From: Octopus vulgaris
Taxonomy: Eukaryota
DNA length: 64,000 bases
Assembly (NCBI GenBank): GCA_951406725.2
Contig: OX597836.1
Span: forward strand, 12,214,001 to 12,278,000
Reading direction: 5' to 3'
Shown here: in pieces, positions 1 through 14,490 of the stretch
Numbering within the stretch: the first letter of the stretch is position 1
Layout of the letters: each line of letters begins with the position of its first letter
Notes under the pieces: generated by a model
Told to the model about the DNA's origin: nothing
Seen by the model: only the letters and a program-made list of their open reading frames with translations
The model's database searches: none
Translations under genes and position numbers: made by a program

Positions 1-524
1 CACCAACACTAACAATTTCTTCAATTTTCTTTTTACTAGAGTTACTTATTTCTTTATTTTTTGTCTATATCTTATATATATTATACACATTTATATATAT
101 ATATATATATATATATTCTGTATATGTTTCTGTATATGTTTTATATGGGTTTTTTTGTATATTCTTGTCTCTGTCTTGTATATAATGGTTGCTGTTTTTT
201 TTTAAACTTTATTTTGCAAAATTACCACTTGTTTGTTAAGGAGTATAATGGTGGGCCCTAGCAGGAAGCTTTGCGTTCCTTCATTTCATCTGCGAGTCTT
301 TTAGAACCCACTGAAGGTATAGAAAAGGGGTCATTATCCCTAATAATAATAATAATGAGAAGAAGAATCTTTTTCTCTGTGTCCAAGTGTTGTGTTAAAC
401 CTGATGTTATTCTGTCATTGGAATATTGCAAAGACGGTTGATGTTGTAAACAGAAATAAATCGAAGGATAAATAAGTGAAAAAGAGACTTTTTAAACATG
501 AAAAGGAAGATCACACTGTTTTGT

Positions 525-607
525 ACATATGTGTGTGTGTATATATATATATACATACATATATATATATATATGTCTGTATGTGTGTGTGCTTGTAGGT
601 ATGTGTG

Positions 608-639
<32 letters not shown>

Positions 640-789
640 AGTGTGTGTGTCTATATATACATATAGGTATGTACCTGTGTGTATATATATGTATGTACAC
701 ACATGTATTTATGTGTATATGTATGTATGCGTACACACATATGGATGTATATGCATGTATGTATATTTCTATGTATGTACATATATGTG

Positions 790-846
<57 letters not shown>

Positions 847-1220
847 GTATTTATGTGTATATGTATGTATGCAGACACATATTTGGATGTATATGTATGT
901 ATGTATGGATGTATATTTCTGTGTATGTACATATGTGCGTATGTGTGTGTGTGTGTATTATGTACACACACATGTATTATGCATATATGTATGTATGCAG
1001 ACACATATATGCATGTATATGTATGTATGTATGTATGTATATTTCTATGTGTACATATATACGTGTGTATGTGTGTGTGTATATCCCTCAGTTCTGTCTT
1101 TCTCGATATTTAGCTGTCTCTGCACATGAATGTACTTACAGACACACACACAATGTTCCCCCATGACTAATGCTCCATGGCAAAAGAGTGTGCGTACCTG
1201 TATGTGTGTGTGTGTGTGTA
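525..1220. repeat. TA/TG compound microsatellite with higher-order duplications
   Basis: acacatgtatttatgtgtatatgtatgtatgc recurs. Confidence 0.9.
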
Positions 1221-1329
1221 AGAGGGTGTTTCTTGATTCAAACATTTTGTGCAGGTGACATCGTTATGGCAGTAGTTTCTGAAAGCAAATACAGAAGACA
1301 AGATGGAAAAAGAGACGTCTCTAGACACT

Positions 1330-1752
1330 GCCACCTTCACCACCTGAGCCACCATTAACCTTATCACTACCAACACCATCATCACCATCATCCCTACAAT
1401 CATCACAGCCAGTACTGCCAGCATCTTCACCACCAGCTTCACCACTACCATCAATACCACCACCACCAACACTACCACCATCACCACCACCACCAACACT
1501 ACCACCACCAACAACAACACCATCACCACCAATACCACCATCATGAACACTATAACCTCCACCACCAACACTACCACCATCATCAACACCAAACCACCAA
1601 AACCACCACCATCAACACCACCACCAATACCACCAATCTCAACACCAATCATCACCACCAACACCACCGCCATCAACATCAACACCACCACCTCCACCAC
1701 TAACACTACCACCATCATCAACACCACCACCATCACCACCAACGTCACCATG
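1330..1752. repeat. Degenerate (CAC/CAT/CAA)n
   Basis: Direct reading. Confidence 0.9.
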
Positions 1753-1953
1753 GTATCTACCTTTATTCGGTGCAAAATATGGAAACTAGTATCAGGGGAA
1801 GACCTGGCTTTTTGTATTAAAGTGTATTTAAAACTTTGCAGTTGTTAAGAATGGTTGCCAAAAGGGAGAAGAGAAGAGATGGGAGCCAAAAATTGTTTCT
1901 GTGTTTTTTTCAAAGCTAAGATCAAGGTGTGCGTATGCATATGCATATGAACC

Positions 1954-1984
<31 letters not shown>

Positions 1985-2162
1985 TATCCTAAAGGAGGAT
2001 TACCAGTCAGATGGGTGTTGGCTCTCTTAGATAACGGTTCTCTGTTGATGTTGCGAACTTGTGGGAGGATGCTATCGTAATGCTATTTTCTGATAAAGAT
2101 TTCTTGTAGCACCACTACCAATAATAATAATGATACTGATGATTATAATAATAATAATGATT

Positions 2163-2259
<97 letters not shown>

Positions 2260-3028
2260 TGACAATAATAATAATAATAACAATAATAATAATACACTAC
2301 CACCATAATACTACTACTACTACATATACCACCACCACCACCACCACCACCACCATTATTACTACTACTAATAATACTATTGCTGCTATCACCACTAGCT
2401 GTTTCATCTTTTTCTTCAGTTCCCCTCTTCCTCCTCTTCCATCAGCTTCCCCCTTTTCCTCAGGGGCATCTCATTCCAGACCCAACATTAGGAGTGTTTT
2501 ACTGCCAAAGTCTAAGTAAAAACATTCAAGGAGATTCAAAAGATGTTAATTATTCTCATTGTTTTTGCCATTCACTTTCTGAATGCATTAAAATTGAATG
2601 TATTCTCCGACCAATATCCAACATGCTCCAGCATGGCCGCAGTCCAATGACCAAAACAAGTAAAGGATAACATATTGAGTTTATTAAATGCAAGAGCATG
2701 CATTTGTGACTCCAGTCCAGTGACTGAAACAAGTAACCAAGTACGTTTGTGTGTATATATATTAGGCCGAAACTGTAATGATGATTGGAGGCTTGACTGA
2801 TAAATACAAAGCCACAAATGTTCCGTCCCGGTTTTCCGGTCCGTCTTTGTATTGTCCATCTGTGTGTATGGTTTCATTGTCATCTGTTACATTCTGGTTC
2901 CATTATATAAATATATATATATATACACACACACACACATAAATACGCATAAATACAGGTATGTTGGTGCAAACAAGAAAAATAGAATTCAAAATGTGAG
3001 TATGTGTATGTGAGTGTGCATATGTGTG

Positions 3029-3082
<54 letters not shown>

Positions 3083-3775
3083 TTTACATATATATATCAT
3101 TTGAAATTTATATATATTGATAGGTAGATAGATAGATATGTCTGTGTTTACATATATCATTTGAAATATATACATATGTATATATATATATGATATATTC
3201 TCACAAACATATATGTATATGAGTGTGTGTGTGTATTATATGTATGTTTTTGTGTGTGTGAGATCAAACATGAGACATTATATTAGTTTAATCTTTTTAT
3301 TTTTATGAAAAACATTTTTGTTTGTTTTTTTTCTTTTTGACATATCTTTCTGAGTTCTTTGCCATTAATTTCAGGAATGGCTCTGATTCTAGGTCCATCA
3401 ATGGCCCTACAATATGCCACAGTCTCTAAAGATAAAGCTCGAGTTGTCTGTGGCTTTTTTTTTTTTTTTCATCTACGCCATGCTTGAAAGAGAAGCTGTT
3501 TTACGTCAAACACTTGCACATACATACACACATGCGTGCACTACACACATGTACCTAAGTACACAAACAGGTACATTTATATAAGTACACACACACACAT
3601 GCGCAAATACATATATATATATACAAACATATTTTAAGTGATTATATATATATATATGTACTCACACATAACTACATATATATACATACATATATAAGTC
3701 TATATACACATACATAGAAACGTATACATACATACATTAAATAGATACATAGATGCATACAGACACACACAGAGG

Positions 3776-4049
<274 letters not shown>

Positions 4050-4429
4050 TCACACATACATACACTGATATACACTCACACACATATACATAACATCTCT
4101 GTATATTCTAGAGGCTTTATGGCAGAGATTGGACTTTTGTAATATAATTCCCTTACAAAACCCTTTAAGGTGATGCTCCAGCATGGCCACAGTGAAATGG
4201 CTGAAGCAAGTAAAAGAATATAAGAATATACATGTGTGTGTATATATAGGTTTGAAAAAGGAGGACGCGCAAAACTTGTAGAGATGGTACATGGGCGGTT
4301 GCCATGGCATCAAGGTAGATCCATCCACCCTCGTTAACAGGGACCAAACCCGGATTTAGTACACTGGATGATGATGACAATGATGATGACAATGATGGTG
4401 ATGGTGATGATATTTGTATCTATGCATGT

Positions 4430-4910
4430 ATGGTGGCTATGTGGTATGATGTTCGCTTCCCAGCCATGTGGTCCCATGTTCAGTCCTACTGCATGGCACC
4501 TTGTGCTAGTATCTTTTGTTATGGCCTCAAGCCAAGGAAATCCTTGTAAGGGCATTCGATAAATAGGTGGAAACTGAAGGAAGCTCATTATGTGTATGTA
4601 TGTATGAGTGTGTGTGTGTGTATAAAGTTTGTGTGTTTGTCCTTCGGCAATGCTTGACCTGCTGGTGTTGGTATGTTTATGTCCCGGTGACTTCAAAGTT
4701 CAGCAAAAGAGACTGATAGAATAAGTAAAAAAAAAAATAACAACGAGTACTGGGATCTGCGTAACTTAGCAGCTTAGCAAATGAGATCAATAGAATAAGT
4801 ATCAGGGATGAAAAAAAGAAAAAGATTTCTACTGGGGTCAATTCATTTCACTAAAAATTCTTCAAGATGGTGCCCCAGCATGGCCACATTGTAATAACTG
4901 AAAGAAGTAT
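4430..4910 (+). mobile_element. SINE family A, diverged
   Basis: ttcagtcctactgcatggcaccttg ... ggtgccccagcatggcc. Confidence 0.7.
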
Positions 4911-4949
4911 TTTGCTAGATTAGTAGTTTTGTAGACTATTGCCGTGATC

Positions 4950-5405
4950 TTCATCAGTCATCATCATTATCATCATCATCATTATTTTCATTGTCTTCAT
5001 CATTGTCATCATCATCATTGACATAATCATCATCATTGACATAATTATCATCATCATCATTATCATCATCATCATTAACAATCATCATCATCATCATCAT
5101 CCTCATCATTTTCATAGTCTTCATCATCATCATTGTCATCATCATTGACATAATCATCATCATCATTTTCATTATCTTTATCATCATCATCGTCATCATC
5201 ATTGACAATCATCATCATCCTCATCATTTTCATTGTCTTCATCATCATCATCATTGACATAATCGTCATCATCATCATCCACATCATTTTCTTCATCATC
5301 GTCGTCGTCGTCGTCATCATCATTGACATAATCATCATCATCATCATTGTCTTCATCATCGTCATCATCATCATCATCATCATCGCCATCATCATCGCCA
5401 TCATA
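4950..5405. repeat. Degenerate (CAT)n with recurring cattgacataat motif
   Basis: Direct reading. Confidence 0.9.
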
Positions 5406-6165
5406 AATTCATGATTGCAGTTATGCTTGTCTTAAGAATATAATATTAAATGTGGAAAAATAATGTAACAAAAACAAAAGAAAATATATATATATATACA
5501 TGAAAAATAAATTATAATAAAAGAAAAAAAACGAAGGAAAACAACCAAACAAAAAAAAAAAAACAAAAAAAAAAACAAGACTAAAACAAGCTGAGATTCC
5601 ATTTCTGAGCAATCATTTAAAAAGTTCCATGTTCTTCCAAATGGTATATCTGTAATTTTTGAAGAAAGTGGCGTAGGTTTGGTTTGGTTTGGTTCGGTTC
5701 GGTTAGATTTTTGGTTTCGGCGAGGAGTGAAGAGAAGAAATGGTAACGCCAACCACCGAAGAATATGGAAGAAATAAAAAACTAGCAAAGGAGACAGTTC
5801 TTTTTTTTCTGTGTCTTCTTTTGTCAAAAAATGATTAAGATAAGCATGTCATCTACCCCACCCCGCACCACCGTCCCCCCGCACCACCGTCATCCAACCA
5901 TCTCGCTGAAATCATTTTCCACTAATCTCTTATATCATCTAAACACCAGCTTGTCTTGATTAATACCATTTGAAAGATTAAGAGACGGAGAGAAAAAAAA
6001 GAAAAAAAGACGACAATAATAATAACAACAATAATAATAATGATTATGATGATAAAATGATATTAATAATAGTAATAATGATAGTTATAATAGTAACAAT
6101 AACAGTAATAAGAGCAATAAGAATTGTAGTAGTAGTAATAATAATAGTAATAATAATAATAATGG

Positions 6166-6208
<43 letters not shown>

Positions 6209-6228
6209 GTATATATATATATACATGC

Positions 6229-6259
<31 letters not shown>

Positions 6260-6282
6260 CGTATATATATGTATATACATGC

Positions 6283-6344
<62 letters not shown>

Positions 6345-6394
6345 GTATATATATATATATATATATACATACATATATATATATACATACATAC

Positions 6395-6485
<91 letters not shown>

Positions 6486-7019
6486 TATATACATATATAT
6501 ATACATACATACATACATACATATATATATATATATCTATATATATATATTGCTTCCTTATATAATAAGTGTGGAAAATGATTTCTAGGAAAAATATTCA
6601 TCTGTTTTTCTTTTTTGTTTTTTTTTTATGTATATATCGTTTATAGTTTTACTTTTATATAAGTTTTTTTTTTTTTTGAGAATTTTTTCTATTAATATTT
6701 GCTTTGTTGTTCTGTTCTGTTTTGTTTTGTTTTTGTTCTTTTCTTTTTTTCCCTCTCTCTCTCTCTCTGTCTTTCTCTCTCTTCTGTTTTTGTCAGTTTT
6801 GAGAGGACAGACGTATTCAGCATATTTAAGACTTCCAGAAGCGTCGGTGCATTGGAATAAAATGTCTTTATGCTGTCGACGTTACCGTTTTATGTGACAA
6901 TCAAATCCCACCAACACTGTTGCTTTTGCCTACCATCTTTTCTGTGTTGATAATAAAAACAATAAAATACCAGTCATGCACTGGGGGTCTTTGTATGTAT
7001 TTATGTGTGTGTGAGCTTA

Positions 7020-7400
7020 CCTTTTCCTTCTTTGGACACTAAACTCTGCTTGCGAAGACCTATTGAGGCAAGTGAAATAAAAATCAAATTTGATGACTGG
7101 CATCCATGCTAGTAGGATGCCAAGAGCACCATCTGAGCGTGATCGTTGCCAGAGCAGCTAACTGGCTTCCATGTCAGTGGCACATAGAAGGCACCATTCA
7201 AGCGTGATTGTTACCAGCGTCGCCTTACTGGCACCTGTGCCGGTGGCACGTAAAAAGCACCCACTACACTCTCAGAATGGTTGGCATTAGGAAGGGCATC
7301 CAGCTGTAGAAACTCTGCCAGATCAAGATTGGAGCCTGGTACAGCCATCTTGTTCGCCAGCCCTCAGTCAAAATCGTCCAACCCATGCTAGCATGGGACA
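7020..7400 (+). mobile_element. RTE LINE 3' UTR fragment (related subfamily)
   Basis: gaagacctattgaggcaagtgaaa ... ggaagggcatccagctgtagaaac. Confidence 0.8.
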
Positions 7401-7509
7401 ATGATGGTTTGGCTGGCCGAAACTTCGAAGTCACTGTCAATACTATTCTTCTTGAAGGATAATGTGTGTGTATGTTTGTGTGTATATATATATATATATT
7501 GTGTATGTG

Positions 7510-7581
<72 letters not shown>

Positions 7582-7822
7582 TACAATTATGTATTTGGAG
7601 ATACACACACACATATATATATATAGATACATATATGTATATATGTGTATGTATATGTAGATACATGTATGTATCTATCTGTATGTATATTTAGATACAT
7701 ATATGTGTGTATGTATATGTAGATACGTATATGTGTATGTAGATACATATGTATGCATGTGTGTGTGTATGTATATATGTATGTATATATATATATATAT
7801 GTACGTGTATATATATATATAA

Positions 7823-7856
<34 letters not shown>

Positions 7857-8489
7857 GTGTACATGCATGCATGTATGTGTTAAATGAACTATATCATCCG
7901 TTATATATTTTGCATAATCAAACGTTCTCCCTATAGAAATACATGTAAATACCAGGGTAGATGTAATCAGCTAAAAACCCTTGATTTCATGAGTAAGAAC
8001 AGCAGAATTTGTTAGTTGGGGATGGTTCCCTCGCTTTCCTACATTTTATGCAATCCACATTATTGGGTTTTGTTCTATCTGGCTGCATAGATAAACAGAT
8101 CAGTGAGGCTTAACAACTGATGTGTCCTATCTACCGAAATCTCTTCCTCTTGGCACCATTTTCCTCCCTTATTCTGACTAATATCTTCACCGTTTATCTT
8201 ACTTTTATTGCGGCAGTACTCAAAGCAATGAGTTTGTGCAGCCTGCTTGATGTGGCTGTTAAAGCTTCCTCAAATCACACCTTACCATCTTAGGTTTTAT
8301 GGGGTTATCATGCCCACATTCTAACCACATAGCTTCAGGTTGAAGTCCACTGTGCAGCCAGCACCTTGGGGAAAATGTTTACTATCACCCTGTGTTAACG
8401 AATGCTGCGTTTGAATTTTGGGTAAAGGAAACTATGGAGAAGCCCATTTGTGTATTTGTATATCTCATTCGACGTGATCGTTAACTGCA

Positions 8490-8813
8490 TCACCTTAGTG
8501 GCACTTGTGCTGGGGGCACATGAAAAAACATTCGAGCGAGGTCATTGCCAGTGCTGCTGGACTGGTTCCTGTGCAGGTGACGCATAAAAAGCACCATTTG
8601 AGTGTGGCCATTGCCAGTACCACCTAACTGGCCCTTGTGCCGGTGGCACGTAAAAGCACCCACTACACTCTTGGAGTGGTTGGCATTAGGAAGGGCATCC
8701 AACTGTAGAAACTCTGCCTGATCAAGATTGGAGCCTGGTTCGCCAGACCTCAGTCGAATCGTCCAGCCCATGCTAGCATGGAAAGCGGACGTTAAACGAT
8801 GATGATGATGATG
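8490..8813 (+). mobile_element. RTE LINE 3' UTR fragment; another follows at ~9030-9220
   Basis: Same terminal module and (GAT)n tail. Confidence 0.8.
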
Positions 8814-9221
8814 TCTCATCGAATTGGTCTTTTACCTTGTGACTACCGGTGTTGGTTTGTTTGTGTTCTCCATAACTCAGTAGTTTGGCAAACAGAGACT
8901 TAGAAAATAAGTACGAGTCTTAAAGTAAGTACTGAGGTTGATTTGAACTGCTAAACTCATCAAGGTGGTGCCCCAGCATGGCCACAAACAGGCCAGTGAC
9001 AGAAACAAATTAATTGAAAGATTTCCTTGTCATGCAAGTGGCACAGGAAAAGCAGCCATTACACTCTTGGAGTGGTTGGCATTAGGAAGGGCATTCAACT
9101 GTAGAAAACCTTGCCAAATCAGACTGAAACCTGGTGCAGCTCTCCAGCTTACCAGTTTTCAATCAAACCGTCTAACCCATGCCAGCAGACGGAAAGCAGA
9201 CGTTAGATGATGATGATGGAT

Positions 9222-9924
9222 GCTTGGTTATTCACATTGTTTTGAATCATGGATTATCTTGTAGCTTCGAAATTTTTCAATGATGTGATTATATATTTTT
9301 AGAATGACATTGTAGGGTAGGTGTGATAGGCTGGATCCGGCTGGTTTGAACACAAAACATAAAAATATTTTGGCAGTATGTGGCTTAAAGAGTTAACCCT
9401 TTAGCCTTCAGATTACTCTGCCAAATCTAATGCTTATTTATCCATATCACTTGGAATTACTTACAGATTATCTTGTGGCTTTGAAATTTTAATGGTGTGT
9501 TTGTATATTTTTAGACTGACATTGTAGGGTAGGTTTAAGGCAATGGGTCTGGTCAGTTTTAATACAAACAGGTAGAATATTTAGGCCAGATATGGCTAGT
9601 TTAACCCTTCAGCACTGATATTACTCTGTCAAACATAATACTTATTCACTCACATCGTTAGGAATTAACCATACGTTGTCTTATAGCCTCAAGAGTTCAG
9701 TGGCATGTTTACTCTTTTACTCTTTTACTCTTTTACTTGTTTCAGTCATTTGACTGCGGCCATGCTGGAGCACCGCTTTTAGTCGAGCAACTCGACCACG
9801 GGACTTATTCTTTTTTGTAAGCCCAGTACTTATTCTATCGGTCTCTTTTTGCCAAACCGTTAAGTGACGGAGACGTAAACACACCAGCATCGGTTGTCAA
9901 GCAATGCTAGGGGAACAAACACAG

Positions 9925-9971
<47 letters not shown>

Positions 9972-10250
9972 TACGACGGGCTTCTTTCAGTTTCCGTCTA
10001 CCAAATCCACTCACAAGGCATTGGTCGGCCCGGGGCTATAGCAGAAGAGACTTGCCCAAGGTGCCACGCAGTGGGACTGAACCCAGAACCATGTGGTTGG
10101 TTAGCAAGCTACTTAACACACAGCCACTCCTGTTTGTATAAATTTAGAATGACATTGTAGGCTAGGTGTGACAGACTGGATCTGGTCAGTTTTAGCACAA
10201 AACAGGTAGAATATTTGGGCCAGATATGGACGGATTAAATGCTAAGGGGA
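9222..10250. mobile_element. Cluster of three head-to-tail MITE family 2 copies; third copy interrupted by a SINE
   Basis: Units joined at TTAA (9393-9396, 9601-9604, final TTAA 10251-10254); shared core gaatgacattgtagggtaggtgtga...ggatctgg. Confidence 0.7.
9711..10132 (-). mobile_element. SINE family A, near full length, nested in MITE
   Basis: Reverse complement of 47911-48354, including the (actctttt)n tail. Confidence 0.88.
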
Positions 10251-10984
10251 TTAAATAAATTAAGAAAAAAGATGCTTTGGAGAAGGTAATAACGTCTGTT
10301 ATACAAAATAGACAGGATGGTCAAAGCTGGAATGCCTTTGATCACAGCCATAACACTGTTCAGTCAAGGGGCTGGGGTGGAGCTTAACAGCAGCAACAAC
10401 AACAACAACAGCAGCGGCATTGTATGTTCAAACATTTCGCTTTCACATAGAATCTACCAAAGTATGAAGCAGTCTTTGAGAAACATTTATCATTTCCTCT
10501 AATCTGTATGTTTCTTTGCTTTGTAAAAGGCTAAATATATTTAAATCCCGAACCTACCCACCCGCCCACCCATCCATCCCTTCCGCCGTTTGTCCCCCCC
10601 CACACACACACACTGCTTGTATTATGCCCATCTTTTACATGTGTGGTAATGTCATTAAAAGATTAAACGATTTCGGCTATGATTATCGGTATTCCGACAT
10701 CAGACCGGAATCCGTAGATAAATGTCTTCTTTGAAAACCTACTCCTCTTCGTTTTTGTTCTTCTTTGTTTGATACAATATTTCATTTATTTAGTTCTTGC
10801 TCAGCCTCTTCCTCTTCCTGACCGTTTCCATTCCTACCTTCAGGGTTCCAACGGTCTCTCGCTTTCTTCCCACGGTAACGATGTATTTGTCGGCTTCCTC
10901 TGTTTATTATAGGAAACACCTCGACAACAAACGCTATTCAAAAAAGAATTTATGATAAAGATATTCACACTTGATAGCTTTTAT

Positions 10985-11770
10985 ATCTTTTTCTTGTTTC
11001 AGTCATTGGACTGCGGCCATGCCACGGCACTGCCTTGAAGAATTTTTAGTTGAACGAATTGACCCCAGTACGAATATTATTTTGAAAGCCTGCTATTTAT
11101 GCTATTTGTCTCTTTTGCCAAACCCCTAAGTTACTGAGACAGGAACACACCAACACCCGCTATCAAATGGAGGTGGGAACAAACACAGAAAAAAACACAC
11201 TCATATAGATATATATAGGCACAGCTGTGTGGCAAGAAACTCGCAACCACATGGTTGCGGGTTCAGTTCCATTGCATGGTACCTTGGCCAAGTGTTTGCC
11301 CCCATGGCCTTTGGACAACTAAAGCTTTGTGAGTGGATTTGGTAGACAAAAACTGAAAGCCCATTTTATATATGTATATATATGTGTGTGTGTGTGTATA
11401 CATATATGTGTGTGTGTTTTTGTGTCCATGTTTGTACCCTCTCACCACCACCTGACAACCAATATTCGTGCTTTACATCCCTGTAACTTAGTGGTTTGGC
11501 AAAAGAGGCCAATATAATAATTTCTTCAACTAAAACCCTTTAAGGCAATGCTCCAGTATAGCCACAATCAAATGACTGAAACAAGTAAGGAATATAAAAG
11601 AATATACGACGGGCTTCTTTCAGTTTCTGTCCATCAAATCCACTCACAAGGCATTGATCAACCCAGGTTTATAACAGAAGATAGACATGTTACCCTGAGT
11701 GCCATGCAATGAGATTGAACCTGGAACCATGCGGATGGGAAGCCGACTGACTACTTACCACATAGCCACA
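10985..11770. mobile_element. SINE family A cluster (-, +, -)
   Basis: Minus tail half 10985-11200, plus copy ~11216-11605, minus head half ~11605-11770. Confidence 0.75.
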
Positions 11771-12182
11771 CACAAAAAATTTATTTTAGAAAAAGGGGTA
11801 AAAGAAACATTAATCCCTTCACCTAAAGGTCTCTTGTCTTGTCTTGAGACAGCATTCACCCGGGGTGGGTTGAGCTGGCTTCATTCATCCTCAATGCTGC
11901 ATCTCTCACAAACGGCGACCAGACCTGGCAATTTGAGGGTAACGACCGTGTGATCTCCAACCACTCCTTATTCCAGCGGCGAACGCTGTAGGTATGGGGG
12001 CCTAGGTTAATCGCAAATACAGATCCACTCTCAAGATTTTGGTCAGCCTGAGGCTATAGGAGAAGATGCCATGCAGTGGGACTGAACTTAAAGCCATGTG
12101 GTTAGAAAGCAAAAGCAAGCTTCTTACTATACTAATGCCTAAACTAATAAAAACACACACACACACAAAACATATGAAATAC

Positions 12183-12600
12183 ATATTTCTTTACTACCCA
12201 CAAGGGGCTAAACATAGAGGGGACAAACAAGGACAGACAAAGGGATTAAGTCGATTACATCAACCCTAGTGCGTAACTGGTACTTAATTTATCAACCCCA
12301 AAAGGATGAAAGGCAAAGTCGACCTCGGCGGAATTTGAACCCAGAACATAACGGCAGACGAAATATCTATTTCTTTACTACCCACAAGGGGCTAAACACA
12401 GAGAGGACAAGCAAGGACAAACAAACGGATTAAGTCGATTATATCAACCCCAGTGCATAACTGGTACTTAATTTATCGACCCTGAAAGGATGAAAGGCAA
12501 AGTCGACCTCGGCGGAATTTGAACTTGGAACGTAACGGCAGACGAAACACGGCTACGCATTTCGCCCGGCGTGCTAACGTTTCTGCCAGCTCGCCGCCTT
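12183..12600 (-). mobile_element. SINE family B with duplicated body, 14-bp TSD
   Basis: TSD aacatatgaaatac at 12169-12182 and 12601-12614; ~184-bp body present twice. Confidence 0.9.
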
Positions 12601-13502
12601 AACATATGAAATACTAATACTGCAACAACAGATTACTAAAGATACTATGAGAGGGATCAAGAAATTTCCGGAAGCAAAGTTCGTTGCATTGATCTCTTCA
12701 AATATCTGACGTACAACCTCTATATCTTCGTTAACGTTGAGGGTATTTAACATCATCATTTAACATTCGGAAGCATATTTCCTTCTGTTTTGACAGGATT
12801 AGGACAGTCTAAAACCAGTTCGTTAATTATCTTTAACCCATATTTTCTTTCTTATTTTTTCGGTTTTAATCTTAATTTTTTTTTTTTTTTTTTTTTTTGT
12901 TTTTTGTTTTGTTTCTAAATTCTTTAGTTTCATTTAAAACCCCTTCGAGGCTTTTTAGGGGCTTTCTTTCCTCTCCTTTCTTTCATTGTCTCGTTAAAAG
13001 CAGATTCATTAAGTTTTTCCTTCGTATTGAAGTCTTTGGAATTGTCAGTTCTTAATATCAAAATTTTTTTTTTCTTTTTTTTTTTTTTTTCATTTCTTTG
13101 TTTTTTTTTTAATTTTTGTTTTTTTTTTTCTTCCCCAAAATTTCTGTGGAATATAGCAGCAGTGGTGGGGATGTTAGCGGTGAGTGAGGGGGGGGGGGGT
13201 GCAGAGAAAGTGAATAAACGAAAAAAAATTTTAATAAGATAATTAATTATTGTAATTTATCGACCATTTTTGCATGTGAAGAATATAACGTAATTATAGT
13301 AATTGTTGATCTCTTCTTGTGAGAATGTTTTATATGAAAGGAAATCTTCATGGTGCAATCGTATTTCATATCTCGAAACGGAATCCAGTGAAGAAACTTC
13401 TACACAGTTTCTCAACCTGCTAGAAATAGCAGTCAGATCTCCATCAGCTCACATATCTTATCGTGGAAAAGAAAAAGTTTAAATGTTTGTGATAATGTAG
13501 CC

Positions 13503-13838
13503 CTGAAATACAAACATACTCCTGATATGACGGGATGGTCACATCTGGAATGGCTTTAGTTATAGCTCTGTTTGGTTGTGTGTTGAGAAGTTTGCTTCCC
13601 AACCACGTGGTTCTGGGTTCAGTCCCACTGCATGACACCTTGGGCAAGTGTGTTCTACTAGAGCTTCAGGCTGAAATACAAACATACTCCTCATATGACA
13701 GGATGGTCACAGCTGGAATGGCTTTCGTTATAGTTCTGTTTGGTTGTGTAGGGAGAAGTTTGCTTCCCAACCACATGGTTCTGGGTTCAGTCCCACTGCA
13801 TGACACCTTGGGCAAGTGTGTTCTACTATAACTGCAGG
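13503..13838. repeat. 168-bp tandem duplication spanning a SINE 5' junction
   Basis: ctgaaatacaaacatactcc at 13503 and 13671. Confidence 0.93.
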
Positions 13839-14137
13839 CTGACAAAAAGTCTTGTGAGTGGATTTGGTAGACGGAAACTGAAAGAAGCCTATCATATGTG
13901 TGTATATATATGTTTCTATGTGTATGTGTGTGTTTATATTTCTCCCCCAGCACCGCTTTGACAACTGGTGTTGGTGTGTTTGTCCTTGTAACTTAGTGGT
14001 TCGGCAAAAGACACCAATAGAATATGTACCAGTAAGTACTGGGATTGATACATTTGACAAAGAAGATATTTAGAGGTGGTGCCCCAGCAAGGCTGCAGTC
14101 TAATGACTGAAACAAATAAAAGAAAACAAAAAAGAAA
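13740..14137 (+). mobile_element. SINE family A
   Basis: Head, CORE-like segment and tail match 47911-48354. Confidence 0.8.
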
Positions 14138-14150
14138 TATATATATATAC

Positions 14151-14210
<60 letters not shown>

Positions 14211-14457
14211 TTACATATGCATCTATGTACCTGTGTGTGTGTGTGTGTGTGTATGTAGATAGAGAAGGTAGATAGACAGAAATATTAATAAAGGGAACTT
14301 ATTAAAATGTGTTTTATATCTAAGTATTTCAAATTTTAGAAAAGAATGTTCTACCACCACCACTACTATTACCACCACCACCACTAATACTACTACTTCT
14401 ACCACTACTACTACCAGCACCACTACGACCACCACTACTAATGCTACTTCTACCACC

Positions 14458-14490
<33 letters not shown>

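Noticed and set aside
3360-3470. tttcag|GAATGGCTCTG possible exon (MALILGPSMALQYATVSKDKARVVCG)
   Set aside because: Runs into poly-T with no convincing donor; no recognisable homology.
12574-12759. 61-aa minus-strand ORF with natural-looking composition
   Set aside because: It runs into a SINE, has no splice support, and overlaps a short mariner-TIR-like motif (tatgagagggatcaagaaatttccgg) with no partner.
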